Below, piece by piece: positions 55,147 through 63,668 of a stretch of 64,000 bases of DNA. The position numbers were made by a program, and so were the translations under genes. The notes under the pieces were generated by a model that was not told the DNA's origin, searched no databases, and saw nothing but the letters and a program-made list of their open reading frames with translations. The stretch spans positions 92,132,001-92,196,000 of the forward strand of contig OZ024741.1 of assembly GCA_964016885.1 (NCBI GenBank). The letters are read 5' to 3'. Every line of letters starts with the position of its first letter. Within the stretch, counting starts at the first letter, position 1. The DNA is from Eledone cirrhosa (lineage: Eukaryota).

Positions 55147-55524
55147 ACACCCATTTTTTATAGTGGCATGGTTTGAATACATTGTCACAGTCATGTTTAT
55201 ACATTCCATATTCTGGTGTGGTTTCTACAACTTGATGCTTTCCTAATGCCAAACACTGTACAGAGTGTACTTGGCGCATTTTATCATGGATCATACACTA
55301 CCACTTCCTAGAGTGGAAGGGTGCATGTTATCTCTACTATATTTAATTTTTTTTTTCTTTTCTTTTCAGGTGTGTTATTGGTTCCTGTAATTAGCATTGA
55401 TATTAAATCTCCATGTTACCTAACCATCTTGAATGCCTCTACCATGGAAGTGATTGCTAACTGTGAAATACCTACCTCTACTGCTATTCCAACATCATTC
55501 CATGGTTTCTTTAATCCACTGTAA
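33313..55524 (+). CDS. Carotenoid cleavage oxygenase (BCO1/BCO2/RPE65/NinaB family), 10 coding exons, 518 aa; join(33313..33382,40088..40346,41163..41304,42904..43051,45762..45970,47167..47415,49292..49403,51968..52065,54501..54615,55370..55524)
   Basis: Manual splicing gives all GT-AG introns with phases 1,2,0,1,0,0,1,0,1 and 1557 nt in total with no internal stop. Family motifs: [71 protein letters not shown], FHGFF. The exact orthologue cannot be assigned from sequence alone. Confidence 0.95.
33920..34092 (-). mobile_element. SINE family A in intron 1
   Basis: Same core and tRNA head. May be nested in an older TGTTGTA...TACAACA-bounded element (33850-34472). Confidence 0.85.
34490..34815 (+). 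mobile_element. tRNA-derived CORE-like SINE; a relative lies at ~31215-31465
   Basis: AGCTTAGTGGTTAGAGC A box, B-box-like TTCGATTCCC, then GTGTCCTTGAGC...TTGCTCCAGTTCACTCAGCTGTAGAAATGAG. Confidence 0.8.
34828..35675. mobile_element. Second solo-LTR-like copy (intron 1) with an internal ~79-bp tandem duplication
   Basis: Collinear with 24126-24866 and flanked by TATA. The block ATATGTAAGGATTTACTGCTATCAATAGACCCCCAGTGGTCTACA is duplicated. Confidence 0.7.
35877..35918 (-). ncRNA. Minimal type I hammerhead ribozyme candidate (Penelope-type), antisense in intron 1
   Basis: Minus strand GUCA-CUGAGGA-G-GUCA(cagaaugu)UGAC-GAAA-GAG-CUU/UGGC: full CUGANGA, GAAA and UH core; 4-bp stem II; stem I GUCA/UGGC. 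Confidence 0.65.
36474..36660 (+). mobile_element. SINE family A in intron 1
   Basis: Full-length; TSD ATTATTTTTTG. Confidence 0.9.
36900..37340 (+). mobile_element. RTE-like LINE 3' UTR with about four tandem ~43-48 bp subrepeats (CACTGTAAAGTGGT...CCCAGTC) and a GAT tail
   Basis: Homologous to the LINE ends at 61680-61955 and 63380-63668. Confidence 0.75.
38772..38963. mobile_element. Probable MITE (hAT-like CAG termini)
   Basis: TIRs CAGACCTGTCGAT / ATTGGCAGGTCTG (2 mismatches); no clear TSD. Confidence 0.55.
39680..40070 (+). mobile_element. CORE-like SINE family D ending ~20 nt before the exon 2 acceptor; other copies at ~17530-17650, 19940-20100, 25240-25385, 37395-37550, 54670-54805
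   Basis: GGGTTC.GTCCCACTGTGTGGCACCTTGG...ATTTGGTAGA.GGAAACTG body and GCCCCAGCATGGCCGCA tail recur in the window. Confidence 0.75.
40088..40346 (+). CDS. Carotenoid oxygenase exon 2
   Basis: TTTTCAG acceptor; [31 protein letters not shown]...[23 protein letters not shown] donor. Confidence 0.95.
40405..40500. repeat. (GTG/GTA/GCG)n trinucleotide microsatellite
   Basis: Directly visible; a similar tract lies at ~15130-15215. Confidence 0.9.
40540..41090 (-). mobile_element. Decayed RTE-like LINE 3' fragment (intron 2)
   Basis: Minus strand KLKGKVYAACVRSVKFYGSET*...GHVLRKNESDSVRRMM. Confidence 0.7.
41163..41304 (+). CDS. Carotenoid oxygenase exon 3
   Basis: CTTCTTTTCTAG acceptor; FFSFFQMPDATDNTAVNVVKHSDGIFTMTETDKLLQIDPDSLDPVDT; GTATGT donor. 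Confidence 0.93.
42904..43051 (+). CDS. Carotenoid oxygenase exon 4 (first Fe-ligand His, TAHP)
   Basis: TTTTACTTTCAG acceptor; VKISNIIAVHAATAHPIKDQNGTLYNL...EPNDQK; G|GTTTGC donor. Confidence 0.92.
43630..44700 (-). mobile_element. Penelope-like element relic (Neptune-type N-terminus, RT core deleted), split by a SINE
   Basis: Minus translations IINLSNINLS..LKFIPKP...DDISYFCRKLR, DIIIKEADNGSTVDIMD...LLQDTTYYEK and INNNIQFTMEYSQNQLPFLDILI match Penelope-like RT motifs (IIIKPADKG, IKFT.E.....PFLD). Confidence 0.8.
44079..44272 (+). mobile_element. SINE family A nested in the Penelope relic (intron 4)
   Basis: Flanked by ATTATTTTT(C/T)TTGTCAAA duplication. Confidence 0.88.
44976..45217. mobile_element. 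Short GC-rich solo LTR (242 bp) inserted in a family D SINE
   Basis: TGT...ACA termini; perfect 5-bp TSD ATATC (44971-44975, 45218-45222); host SINE sequence resumes on both sides. Confidence 0.8.
45762..45970 (+). CDS. Carotenoid oxygenase exon 5 (second Fe-ligand His, YSHSF)
   Basis: GAGTAG tandem acceptor; DVEPFNNLHIVGSVPSRWRAHYSYSHSFAMSENYFIILEQ...DQEE; GTATGT donor. Confidence 0.92.
45985..46640 (-). mobile_element. Decayed RTE-like LINE 3' end and UTR (intron 5)
   Basis: LREKLGTRGIRCSV...DDDCWVKNC plus reversed AGGAAGGGCA tail motif. Confidence 0.7.
46880..47140. mobile_element. Old piggyBac-type MITE (...AAAGGG-TTAA end); relatives at ~3470-3560, 43070-43282, 49180-49256, 54190-54427, 54905-55093
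   Basis: Shared internal motifs (CTCTGGTTCTA...AAAACT; AATTCCCTC.AAATTCT) and AAAGGGTTAA-like termini. Confidence 0.6.
47167..47415 (+). CDS. Carotenoid oxygenase exon 6 (third Fe-ligand His, FHFIN)
   Basis: TTTTCCAG acceptor; VQFTVLQKKDG...IFCFHFINSFENNDHLVVDLCGY...MRYVFPLNVNEE; GTAAGT donor. Confidence 0.94.
48140..49130 (-). mobile_element. Decayed RTE-like LINE RT/PHD fragment (intron 6)
   Basis: TGCPWEPLHVDD (from LYADD), SIQCTQCKFWVHKRCSG; homologous to 60240-61300. Confidence 0.85.
49292..49403 (+). CDS. Carotenoid oxygenase exon 7
   Basis: TTTAG acceptor; TPVGMNLITLEGSKATAIKRTDGSIILTCDYL matches the family G.NL..L...ATA...DG.I pattern; CAG|GTAAAA donor. Confidence 0.9.
49881..50071 (+). 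mobile_element. SINE family A (intron 7)
   Basis: Full-length; TSD ATTATTTATAGG. Confidence 0.92.
50371..50700 (+). mobile_element. Young composite SINE family C (tRNA head + CORE-like + RTE-derived tail + GAT repeats)
   Basis: Near-identical to 53699-54030 and 57563-57912. Confidence 0.9.
51049..51235 (-). mobile_element. SINE family A (intron 7), inverted relative to 49881-50071
   Basis: 18-bp TSD GATATAGAAATAAATAAT. Confidence 0.92.
51491..51663. repeat. Two direct copies of a ~60-bp unit plus (CA)n, each with an internal hairpin
   Basis: TCGGTTGAAGCAAGCAGAATTTTG(A/G)CTGCTT(A/G)CTAAATCG...CATAAAAAGATAACACAC at ~51492 and ~51594. Confidence 0.85.
51968..52065 (+). CDS. Carotenoid oxygenase exon 8
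   Basis: ATTTCAG acceptor; DVESRLTLELPIINATLAGQPYRYTYGSSLKDK; GTAAGT donor. Confidence 0.92.
52315..53349 (-). mobile_element. 5'-truncated CR1-clade LINE (RT C-terminal half; open frame 52478-53338) in intron 8
   Basis: GPLLF..YIND, KYADDIKLY, ERDLGI, LYTAMVRPHLEFASSVW, FFTLRVAETWNKLP are CR1/L2-group RT motifs; 3' hairpin plus ATT tail. Confidence 0.92.
53699..54030 (+). mobile_element. Composite SINE family C (intron 8)
   Basis: GGAGGCACATGGCTTAGTGGTTAGA head ... GCGGACGTAAAATGATGAT tail. Confidence 0.9.
54501..54615 (+). CDS. Carotenoid oxygenase exon 9
   Basis: TGCCAG acceptor; ITKVDTVKRSQMQYTDPKGNCLGEPVFIAAPDATEEDD-G; G|GTAGGT donor. Confidence 0.93.
55370..55524 (+). CDS. Carotenoid oxygenase exon 10 (fourth Fe-ligand His, FHG; stop)
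   Basis: Long polypyrimidine tract plus CAG; GVLLVPVISID...LTILNASTMEVIA...IPTSFHGFFNPL then TAA. Confidence 0.94.
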
Positions 55525-55590
55525 TATAGTAGCAATATTCTGCTATTCCATTGTACTACATTACATTACTCTATCCACAATGACTGTCTC

Positions 55591-56288
55591 TTAACTCTTA
55601 ACGGCCTGTTCCACATGAAACCACATTACCAAGATATTCATTACAAGTAGAGAACAGCACAATGACTGCATCACATTAAAAATTAAAGTCTTCTTACTAA
55701 TACATCAAATTTTCACAATGATTGATCCATTAGAAAAGATACTATAAACATTTAAATTAAGAGACCACATAAAACCACATTAGGAAGACATTCTTGAAAA
55801 GTACAAAACAGCACTATGACTGCTGCAAATTAAAAATATAACATTACTGCAAATTTTTACAATATTCTGTCTATAAGTAAATATATTATAAGCATTTGAA
55901 TTAACAAATCTGCTTTTAGATATATTTTGCAAAATCATTACAGGATATTTAGGGTCAGTTAACAACTGTGCATATGCAACATTAGTTTTAGCATAATTGA
56001 CTGCATTACATTAACATTACATTAAACACTAAAGTCTTTAATCTAATACTGCAAATTTTCACAACAATCTGTCCAGTGGTAAAGATACAATAAACATTTG
56101 AATTTAAAAACACATTTTTAGATATTTTGCATGCATATGCAACATTATTTTTAGCAATATTAAAATCGTTAGTCTAATATTACTAAATTTCCCAATGACT
56201 GGTCCATTAGTAAAAATACTATAAACATTTGAATTAACAAATACATTTTTATAAATTTTCTGCTAAATCATAAGATGTTAAGAGTTAA
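55591..56288. mobile_element. TTAA-flanked piggyBac-type non-autonomous element with internal ~150-200 bp tandem units, just after the stop codon; related units at ~42050-42500
   Basis: TTAA-CTCTTAAC ... GTTAAGAG-TTAA; about four copies of ...ATACTATAAACATTTGAATTAAC.... Confidence 0.65.
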
Positions 56289-56633
56289 CAAACTTAGGAA
56301 TAATAATTTCACATTTTGCATAATAATGATTGTAGAATATTTATGAACAGTATTTATAATCCTACCATTATTGCTTACAAACGACTATTTTATATGGCTT
56401 GCAACATAATATATATTATTACACCATCGTTATTACATATAAATGTATTTTTATATTGCTTAAAACACATTATTACATAACATATATATTATATTATATA
56501 AAAATATTATTTCTATATTACTTAGAACATATTATCTTATAACATATGTATTCTTATATAGAAACATTTTTTATATCATTTAAAGCACATTTATGTAAAA
56601 AATGTAATTTATATATTTCTTAAAATACATCAT

Positions 56634-56930
56634 TGGTGGATTGGCAGAGGGTCGGACGCCATGCTTTGACGCATAGAGTTACGGTCCTTGCCATTCTGAG
56701 TTCAAATCTAGCCGAGGTTAACTTTGCCTTTCATCCTTACGGGGTCGATAAAATAAAGTACCAGTAATGCACTGGGTAATTGCTGGCCTTGTGCCAAAAG
56801 TAGAAACAATTATTATTATAGGCCGAGGTTCACTTTGCCTTTCATCCTTACGGGGTCGATAAAATAAAGTACCAGTAATGTACTGGGTAATTGCTGGCCT
56901 TGTGCCAAAAGTAGAAACAACTATTATTAT
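56634..56930 (+). mobile_element. SINE family A followed by a second copy of its 3' half
   Basis: Full copy 56634-56820, then GGCCGAGGTT...AGTAGAAACAA repeated at 56821-56930. Confidence 0.9.
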
Positions 56931-57562
56931 ATATATATATAGATCTAGCTGCTGAAACGTCCGGAGCTCAGTCAGGGTCCAGACTCTTTATATATATATA
57001 GCAAAGGTAAAACTATATATGCAAAGCTCAAAGGAAAGTATAGAATTATATATGCTAGTATATAATAGCCATGCCTTTTCAGAATTAGCTCAATGTGTTT
57101 ATATATTACATTGGTTTGTAATTTTAATATGTACACCATACAAATTGATAATCTCATAGCTTCCTCCCTCCTGCTTTTTAATACATTTTATTATTCCACC
57201 GAAGATAAGAAGTATACATATATACATATATACACATTTCAAATAATTGGATGTACAACTTCCTTGAAACATATGTAAGCAAATAAATATGATTTAAAAG
57301 TGAATTTTTCCATCTATCTACTTATATATATATATATACACATATATATATATACATATATATCATCATCATTATCATCATCATTTAACATCCATCTTCC
57401 ATGTTAGCATGGGTAGGATGGCTGTCCCTTTGTGAGTGATCATATCGGGGGACCGTGATTCGCTCACACAGAACTAATTTTGGCTTGGTTTCTACAACTG
57501 AATGGTTCCTAATGCCGACCACATTTATATGTGTATATATATAAAGATTATAATATATATAT

Positions 57563-57910
57563 GGAGGCACATGGCTTAGTGGTTAGAGCATTGGCCTTGC
57601 AATCGAAAGGTTGTGAGTTCAATTCTCAGACCGGGTGATGTGTTGTTTCCTTGAGCAAGACACTTTATTTCACATTGCTCCAGTTTACTCAGCTGTAGAA
57701 ATGAGATGATAGCGACTGGGGTCCATATCATTCCACTGCAAAGTGGTCGTGGAGGTGCCACGGCAAAAAAAAAAGCACCCAGCACTCACTGTAAATGAGG
57801 TTGGTGTTAGGAAGGGCATCCAGCTGTAGAAATCAAGCCAGAATCAGTTCCCGTCCCACCCTTGCAAGCAGGGAAAAAGCGGACGTAAAATGAAATGATG
57901 AATGATGATG

Positions 57911-57912
<2 letters not shown>
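57563..57912 (+). mobile_element. Composite SINE family C
   Basis: Near-identical to 50371-50700 and 53699-54030. Confidence 0.9.
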
Positions 57913-57965
<53 letters not shown>

Positions 57966-59008
57966 TAATTTCTATGTTAAAATATACATTATACATTATT
58001 ATATGAAGATTATAATGTATATAATACTTTATATTATTATACGTAAGTATCATCAAAATTCTAATTCTGTAACACTTGAAATATATTTCATTTAAAAAAT
58101 TTATAAAATATTTTAAATTCTGAATCAGTTGCTAACCTAGAAATACAAAATGGTTCTATGTTTGCCACCCATAAATAACTGTTAATTAATGTAACAGGTT
58201 TTGTGCTACTTACTAGACAATCAGCCATCTGTTAGATGGGTTTATATCTCATCACAGACACATATACCCATTCATACCATATTTCTAATGAAACACTTCA
58301 TTTAATTTTTTATTGGTTTCTGTCACTAGACTGTGGCCATACTGAAGCATCACCTTAAAGGAATTCAGTTCATAATGTGAACCACAGTACTTGTTTTTGT
58401 TCGTTTTTTTTTTTGTGCACATGTGTGTGTGTGTGGGGGGGGGGGGGGTTAGGTTTCAGTCTGTTATATTATGTATCTCTATTTGTTGAACAGCTAAATT
58501 ACGGGATATTCACAATTAGTAAACATGAACACTGACTTGGACACATCCACACCACATATAAAGACAAACATACACGTGCGTATCCCCACATACACACACT
58601 CAGCCTCCAGACTCCACACGCCCCCTCCCCAACCCCTCTCCATCCACACGCACGCACACACCGATTTACACCCCACCCCACGTACACACCGGTTTCCCTT
58701 TTACCTGAACATGGAACTTCGTTCTTCACCCAACTCTCACATACACACACACGTACACCCATACACAAACACCACCTTCAGCCCTCCCTGCTCGGACCAC
58801 CCGCCTCCCCCTCCACCCACCACCACCGCTACACGCCTCACACCCTTTCACCCCTTGTTTATTTTTATTTTTATTTTTATTTGTACTTTTAAAAAATTTC
58901 CTTTACTCTCTAAAAAAATTGTTTTTCCTTCCCCCCCCTCTTTTTTTTAAATGTCTTTCCACCACTCCCCCACACACCCTCGGAACTCTATTCCTACCCA
59001 CTGTCCTC

Positions 59009-59036
59009 CTGATAAAGGGCTTATGCTCGAAACGTC
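59009..59036 (+). ncRNA. Degenerate Penelope-type hammerhead motif (G8 to A)
   Basis: CUGAUAA-A-GGGC(uuau)GCUC-GAAAC-GUC; stem I is not intact. Confidence 0.4.
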
Positions 59037-59319
59037 GTCCCCCACTCCCCACTCTCAAGCGTGAAACTAAAAACCATATCATTTGTACTGCCTCTCTGTT
59101 TTTTGTTCTCTGTTCATTTATTAAACTATATATATATATATAGATAGAGAGAGAGAGTCAGTTCGCTTTTTACGCAAACTTGATATACATGAATTCACTT
59201 TAACGCCTCTTGAAAAAATATTATTAAATATTCAGTTTGCGCGAATAACATGCTATAATGCGTGTGGTTATTCATTTTTTTATTTATCATAAAATTAGAC
59301 TTGCTTTACGAGACAGAGA

Positions 59320-61955
59320 CAGAGTGTCTGTTGTAAACACTAAGTCCCTCCCTGGTGAAGAATGCACCTTACAATATAGTCTAATAGTTAATGACAAACC
59401 CGACGTCAGAGGACAACCTTGAGGAGAAGAGTGTGGAAGTTGAAGGACCCCACAGCCAGTAACAAATTTAAAGGCATATTACTTGATGCTTTTGACAGTA
59501 AGAAAAAGCAATTAGAGACATACAATATAGAGGAGCAGTGGGAACTCCTGAAAGTTAACCTGCTGAAGGCAACAGGTGAAATCTGTGGCTGGAGCAGACC
59601 TTTAGGGAGGAGGAGAGTGACTCGGTGGTGGAGCAGTAGGGTGGAGGAGACAAGGTCAAAAGGTAGGCTTAGAAAGAAATGGGAGAAGTAGAGAACACTA
59701 TTAGGTGACTAGGAGAGAAGCTAGACGACAAGAGTACTTTGCAAGAAGCGAAGCAGAAGATAGAAAGTTCAAGCATGTTCTACAATGTGAGGAGCAAAAA
59801 TGTGAGGTGTTCAGGATTGCAAGGAAAATTGTGGTATTGTCGGGGAGAAGTGTGTCCGTAATGATGATGGTGTGCTTGCCCTTAAAGATACTGATAAGAA
59901 GTTAGCTTAGAAGTGCCACTATGAGAGACTATTAAATGAGGAGAATGAATGGGATAAAGATAGTTTGCCCCAAGTTGATCCAACAGAGAGACCAGCTGTG
60001 CAAGTTAGTCGTAGTGTAGTAAGTAAGGCAATCAAAGATATGAAGACAGGCAAGGCAGATGGGCCTTCGGGGATAGTTGCTGAGATGTTGAAAGAATCTG
60101 GAATAAAATAATAATAATGAAATTATTATGTACAGTGCTCAGGTGCACTACAACATGGTGGGACATACTATGGTCTGGATAGTAAACAAGTAATACAGAA
60201 TGGGGTCATACCAAATGACTGGCATAGCAGCAGCATTGTTAACTGCTACAAGGGCAAAGGAGATGATGCTCTAGATAGAGAAAACTATAGAGGCATTGAG
60301 TTAGTTGGTCAGGTCATGAAGGTCACAGAAAGAGTTATCACACAGCTGATTAAGGACCAAATTGATCTAGATGAAATGCAGTTTGGGTTTGTGCCAGGTA
60401 AATTTACCATGGATGCTCTCTTCCTTGTATGGCAACTACAGGAGAAGTACCTAGCTCAAAGTAAACCCCTCTACTTAGCTTTTGTTGATTTGGAGAAAAC
60501 CTTTGACAAAGTACCCCACTCTCATCTGGTGGGCTCTTAGAAAACTAGGAGTAGACAGGTGGCTTGTGAAATCTAAACAAGCCATGTTAGAGGAACAGTC
60601 AACAAGGTTAGAATTAACAATGAATATAGTGAAGCATTTAACATAAAAGTAGGTGTTCACCAAGGCCCCATCCTTAGCCTCCTCCTGTTTATTAGTGCCC
60701 TACAGGCTATAACAGACGAGTTTAAGACTGGCTGCCCATGGTAACTTCTATATGCAGATGATCTAACTCTCATAGCTGAATCTATGGCAGAACTTCCAAA
60801 CCTGGAAGCATGGCCTAGAATCAAAAGGCCTTAAAATTAACTTGTCTAAGACTAAAGTTCTAGTATGTAGAAAGGAAAATAGGGCACAGGTGCCCTCTGG
60901 GGAATGGCCTTGCTCAGTGTGTAGGAATGAAGTAGGTAGAAATTCCATTCTATGTCACAAATGCAAGCTGTGGGTACATAAAAGATGTAGTGGGATCACA
61001 GGCAAGCTATCAAAGAATGTAGGTTTTATATGTGGCCGATGCTCAGGTGCAGTAAGTAGCAAGTGCCCACTGGATACTGGTTCCTTCAACTGCCCAGATG
61101 GTTCTATAGAAATAGTAGACACTTTCCATTACCTGGGTGACAAAATCAGCAGTGGAGGAGGGTGTTCTGAAAGTGTAGTAGCCAAAGTAAGAACGGGATG
61201 GAAAAAGTTCAGAGAATTAATACCGCTGTTGGCCACAAAAGGTTTTGCTCTAAAAATGAAAGGCAGATTGTATGATACTTGTATACAAACAGCAATGTTA
61301 CATGGTAGTGAGACTTGGGCATTGTTTGCAGAGGATCTGTGCTGATTAGAAAGAAACGAAGCAAATGTGTATATTACTATTACACATCCGAGGGATGTGT
61401 AATAGTAATATACACAAACAGCAAAGTGTAAATGAACTAAGTGAGAAATTAGGCATAAGAGGGATCAGATGCAGTATGAAGGATGATAGCTGTATAAAAA
61501 AGTGCAGTGCAATCACACTTGAACCTCTTTAAGACAATGACACAGGATTGAGATCTTTGGCGCTATGCAGTAATACAGAAGACCCACCTTCCCTTGTGCA
61601 CAGACTTAAACTTCCTCTCAGAAGGAACCTTTTAATTCAATGTACACCCCACACCCCCTACACCTTCCACTTCCTCCCACACCACCCTTACTCTGTAAAG
61701 TTATGTTGGTACCACAAAACATCCAGTCGACACAGTAAAGTGGTTGTGTAGGAGACATGGCAAAAAGCACCCAGCACACGCTCTAAATGTTGTTGGCATT
61801 AGCAAGGGTATCCAGCCATAGAAAACCAGCCAGAAACAGTCCTATATGAGCGAGACAGTCACCCTACCCAACTTGCCTCAAATGGGACAAACCCATCTAA
61901 CCCATGCTAGCATGGAAGATAGACGTTAAAGGACGGTGATGATGACGATGATGAT
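59320..61955 (+). mobile_element. Long decayed RTE-like LINE: linker, RT, C4HC3 PHD-like finger, C-terminus and 3' UTR
   Basis: QFGFVPG, LAFVDLEKTFDKVP, GVHQG, LYADD, CSVC..CHKC.LWVHKRC..CGRC, MLHGSETW; many stops and frameshifts; GAT tail. Confidence 0.92.
61366..61416. repeat. Perfect 24-bp inverted repeat with 3-nt loop inside the LINE
   Basis: TGTGTATATTACTATTACACATCC-GAG-GGATGTGTAATAGTAATATACACA. Confidence 0.95.
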
Positions 61956-62224
61956 TTACACGCTGTGTTCATGAACACATCTTCATGTAAAAGGCGAACA
62001 CACTGTATATATATATATATGTAAATAAAGCTGTTTTTGCTCCAGTCAGTTTACTCGTCATCAATAACTACCCTAATTATATATACACATACATTACATA
62101 TATATATACACCATAAACAAAGATATATATATGCAAACTAGCAAGTAGCACCATTAAACACACAAATCCAAACAGAGACACACCCAGAACAAATGCAAAG
62201 TAATCATCAAATGCTCTATACGTA

Positions 62225-62412
62225 AATAATTGTTTCTACTTTTTGGCACAAGGCCAGCAATTACCCAGTGCATTACTGGTACTTTATTTTATCGACCCCG
62301 TAAGGATGAAAGGCAAAGTTAACCTCGACGGGATTTGAACTCAGAATGGCAAGGGCCGTAACTCTATGCATCAAAGCATGGTGTCCGACCCTCTACCGAT
62401 ACTGCCAATCCA
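62225..62412 (-). mobile_element. SINE family A; a 3'-half copy in opposite orientation lies at 62603-62703
   Basis: TSD ACGTAAATAAT. Confidence 0.9.
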
Positions 62413-62799
62413 ACGTAAATAATACACTCAGAAAACAAAACTATCGATAAACAAAACATCTAATCTGTAACCTAAGAACCAAAATAAGAATAAAGAAAAT
62501 ACCTAATTTATTAAGAAATAAGAAAATGAATCTATGATGAAAAATATAAATATGATATTAGAAAATACTATAACAAAAGGCAACACAAAAGGTATAATAT
62601 AAGGGTTAACTTTGCCTTTCATCCTTACGGGGTCGATAAAATAAAGTACCAGAAATACACTGGGATAATTGCTGGCCTTGTGCCAAAAGTAGAAACAATT
62701 ATTAATATAAAATAATCATAATATATACACTCAAATGTAAATCACAATTAAGATTAAATATAGTATACACAAATCTACAAATATGAAATATTCAACCAC

Positions 62800-63668
62800 G
62801 GAGATCGAATTAGCAGTGGAGGGGGAGGTGTTCTGAAAGTACAGTAACCAGGGTAAGAACGGGATGGAAGAAGTTCAGGGAGCTACTACCACTGCTAGCT
62901 ACAAAAGGCTTTTCCCTCAAAATGAAAGGCAGACTGTATGATGCATGCATATGAACAGCAATGTTTCATGGTAGTGAAACCTGGGCATTGCGTAGATTAG
63001 AAAGAAACGAAACTTGCATGCACCGATGGATGTGTAATAGTAATATATGCGAACAGCAAAGCATAAACGAATTAAGAGAGAGACTAAGTATAAGAGGAAT
63101 CAAATGTTGTGTGCAGGAGAGGAGATTGCGTTGGTATGGACATGTGATGCGTATGAAGGATGACAGCTGCATAAAAAGGTGCAGAGCACTAAAAGTTAAT
63201 GGAAGCCTTGGAGTGAGGAGACCCAAGAAGACCTGGGATGAGGTGATAAAAACTGACCTTGCTCAATTGCACCTATCAAAGGCAATGACACAGGACTGAG
63301 ACCTCTGGCGTTATGCAGTAATACAGAAGACCCAAGTCCCCACGGGTACAAGCCGAAGCTGAAGCATATAGACAATATGCCCCCACGCTCTTCCCATTGT
63401 AAAGTGGTTGTGTAGGTGTTACAACAAAAAGCACCCAGTCCACACAGTAAAGTGGTCATGTAGGGGCCATGGTAAAAAAGCACCCAGTACTCACTGTAAA
63501 TGAGGTTGATGTTAGGAAGGGCATCCAGCTGTAGAAACCAAGCCAAAATCAGTCCTGTATGCGCAAGACACGGTTACCTGACCTGGCATTGCCGACAATA
63601 GGACAACCTGTCTAACCCATGCTAGCTAGCGTGTAAACGTTGACGTAAAACAGTGATGATGATGATGT
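62800..63668 (+). mobile_element. 5'-truncated RTE-like LINE (same family as 59320-61955)
   Basis: GWKKFREL...FHGSETW...ERRLRWYGHVMR...RPKKTWDEVI, then 3' UTR and GAT tail. Confidence 0.92.
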
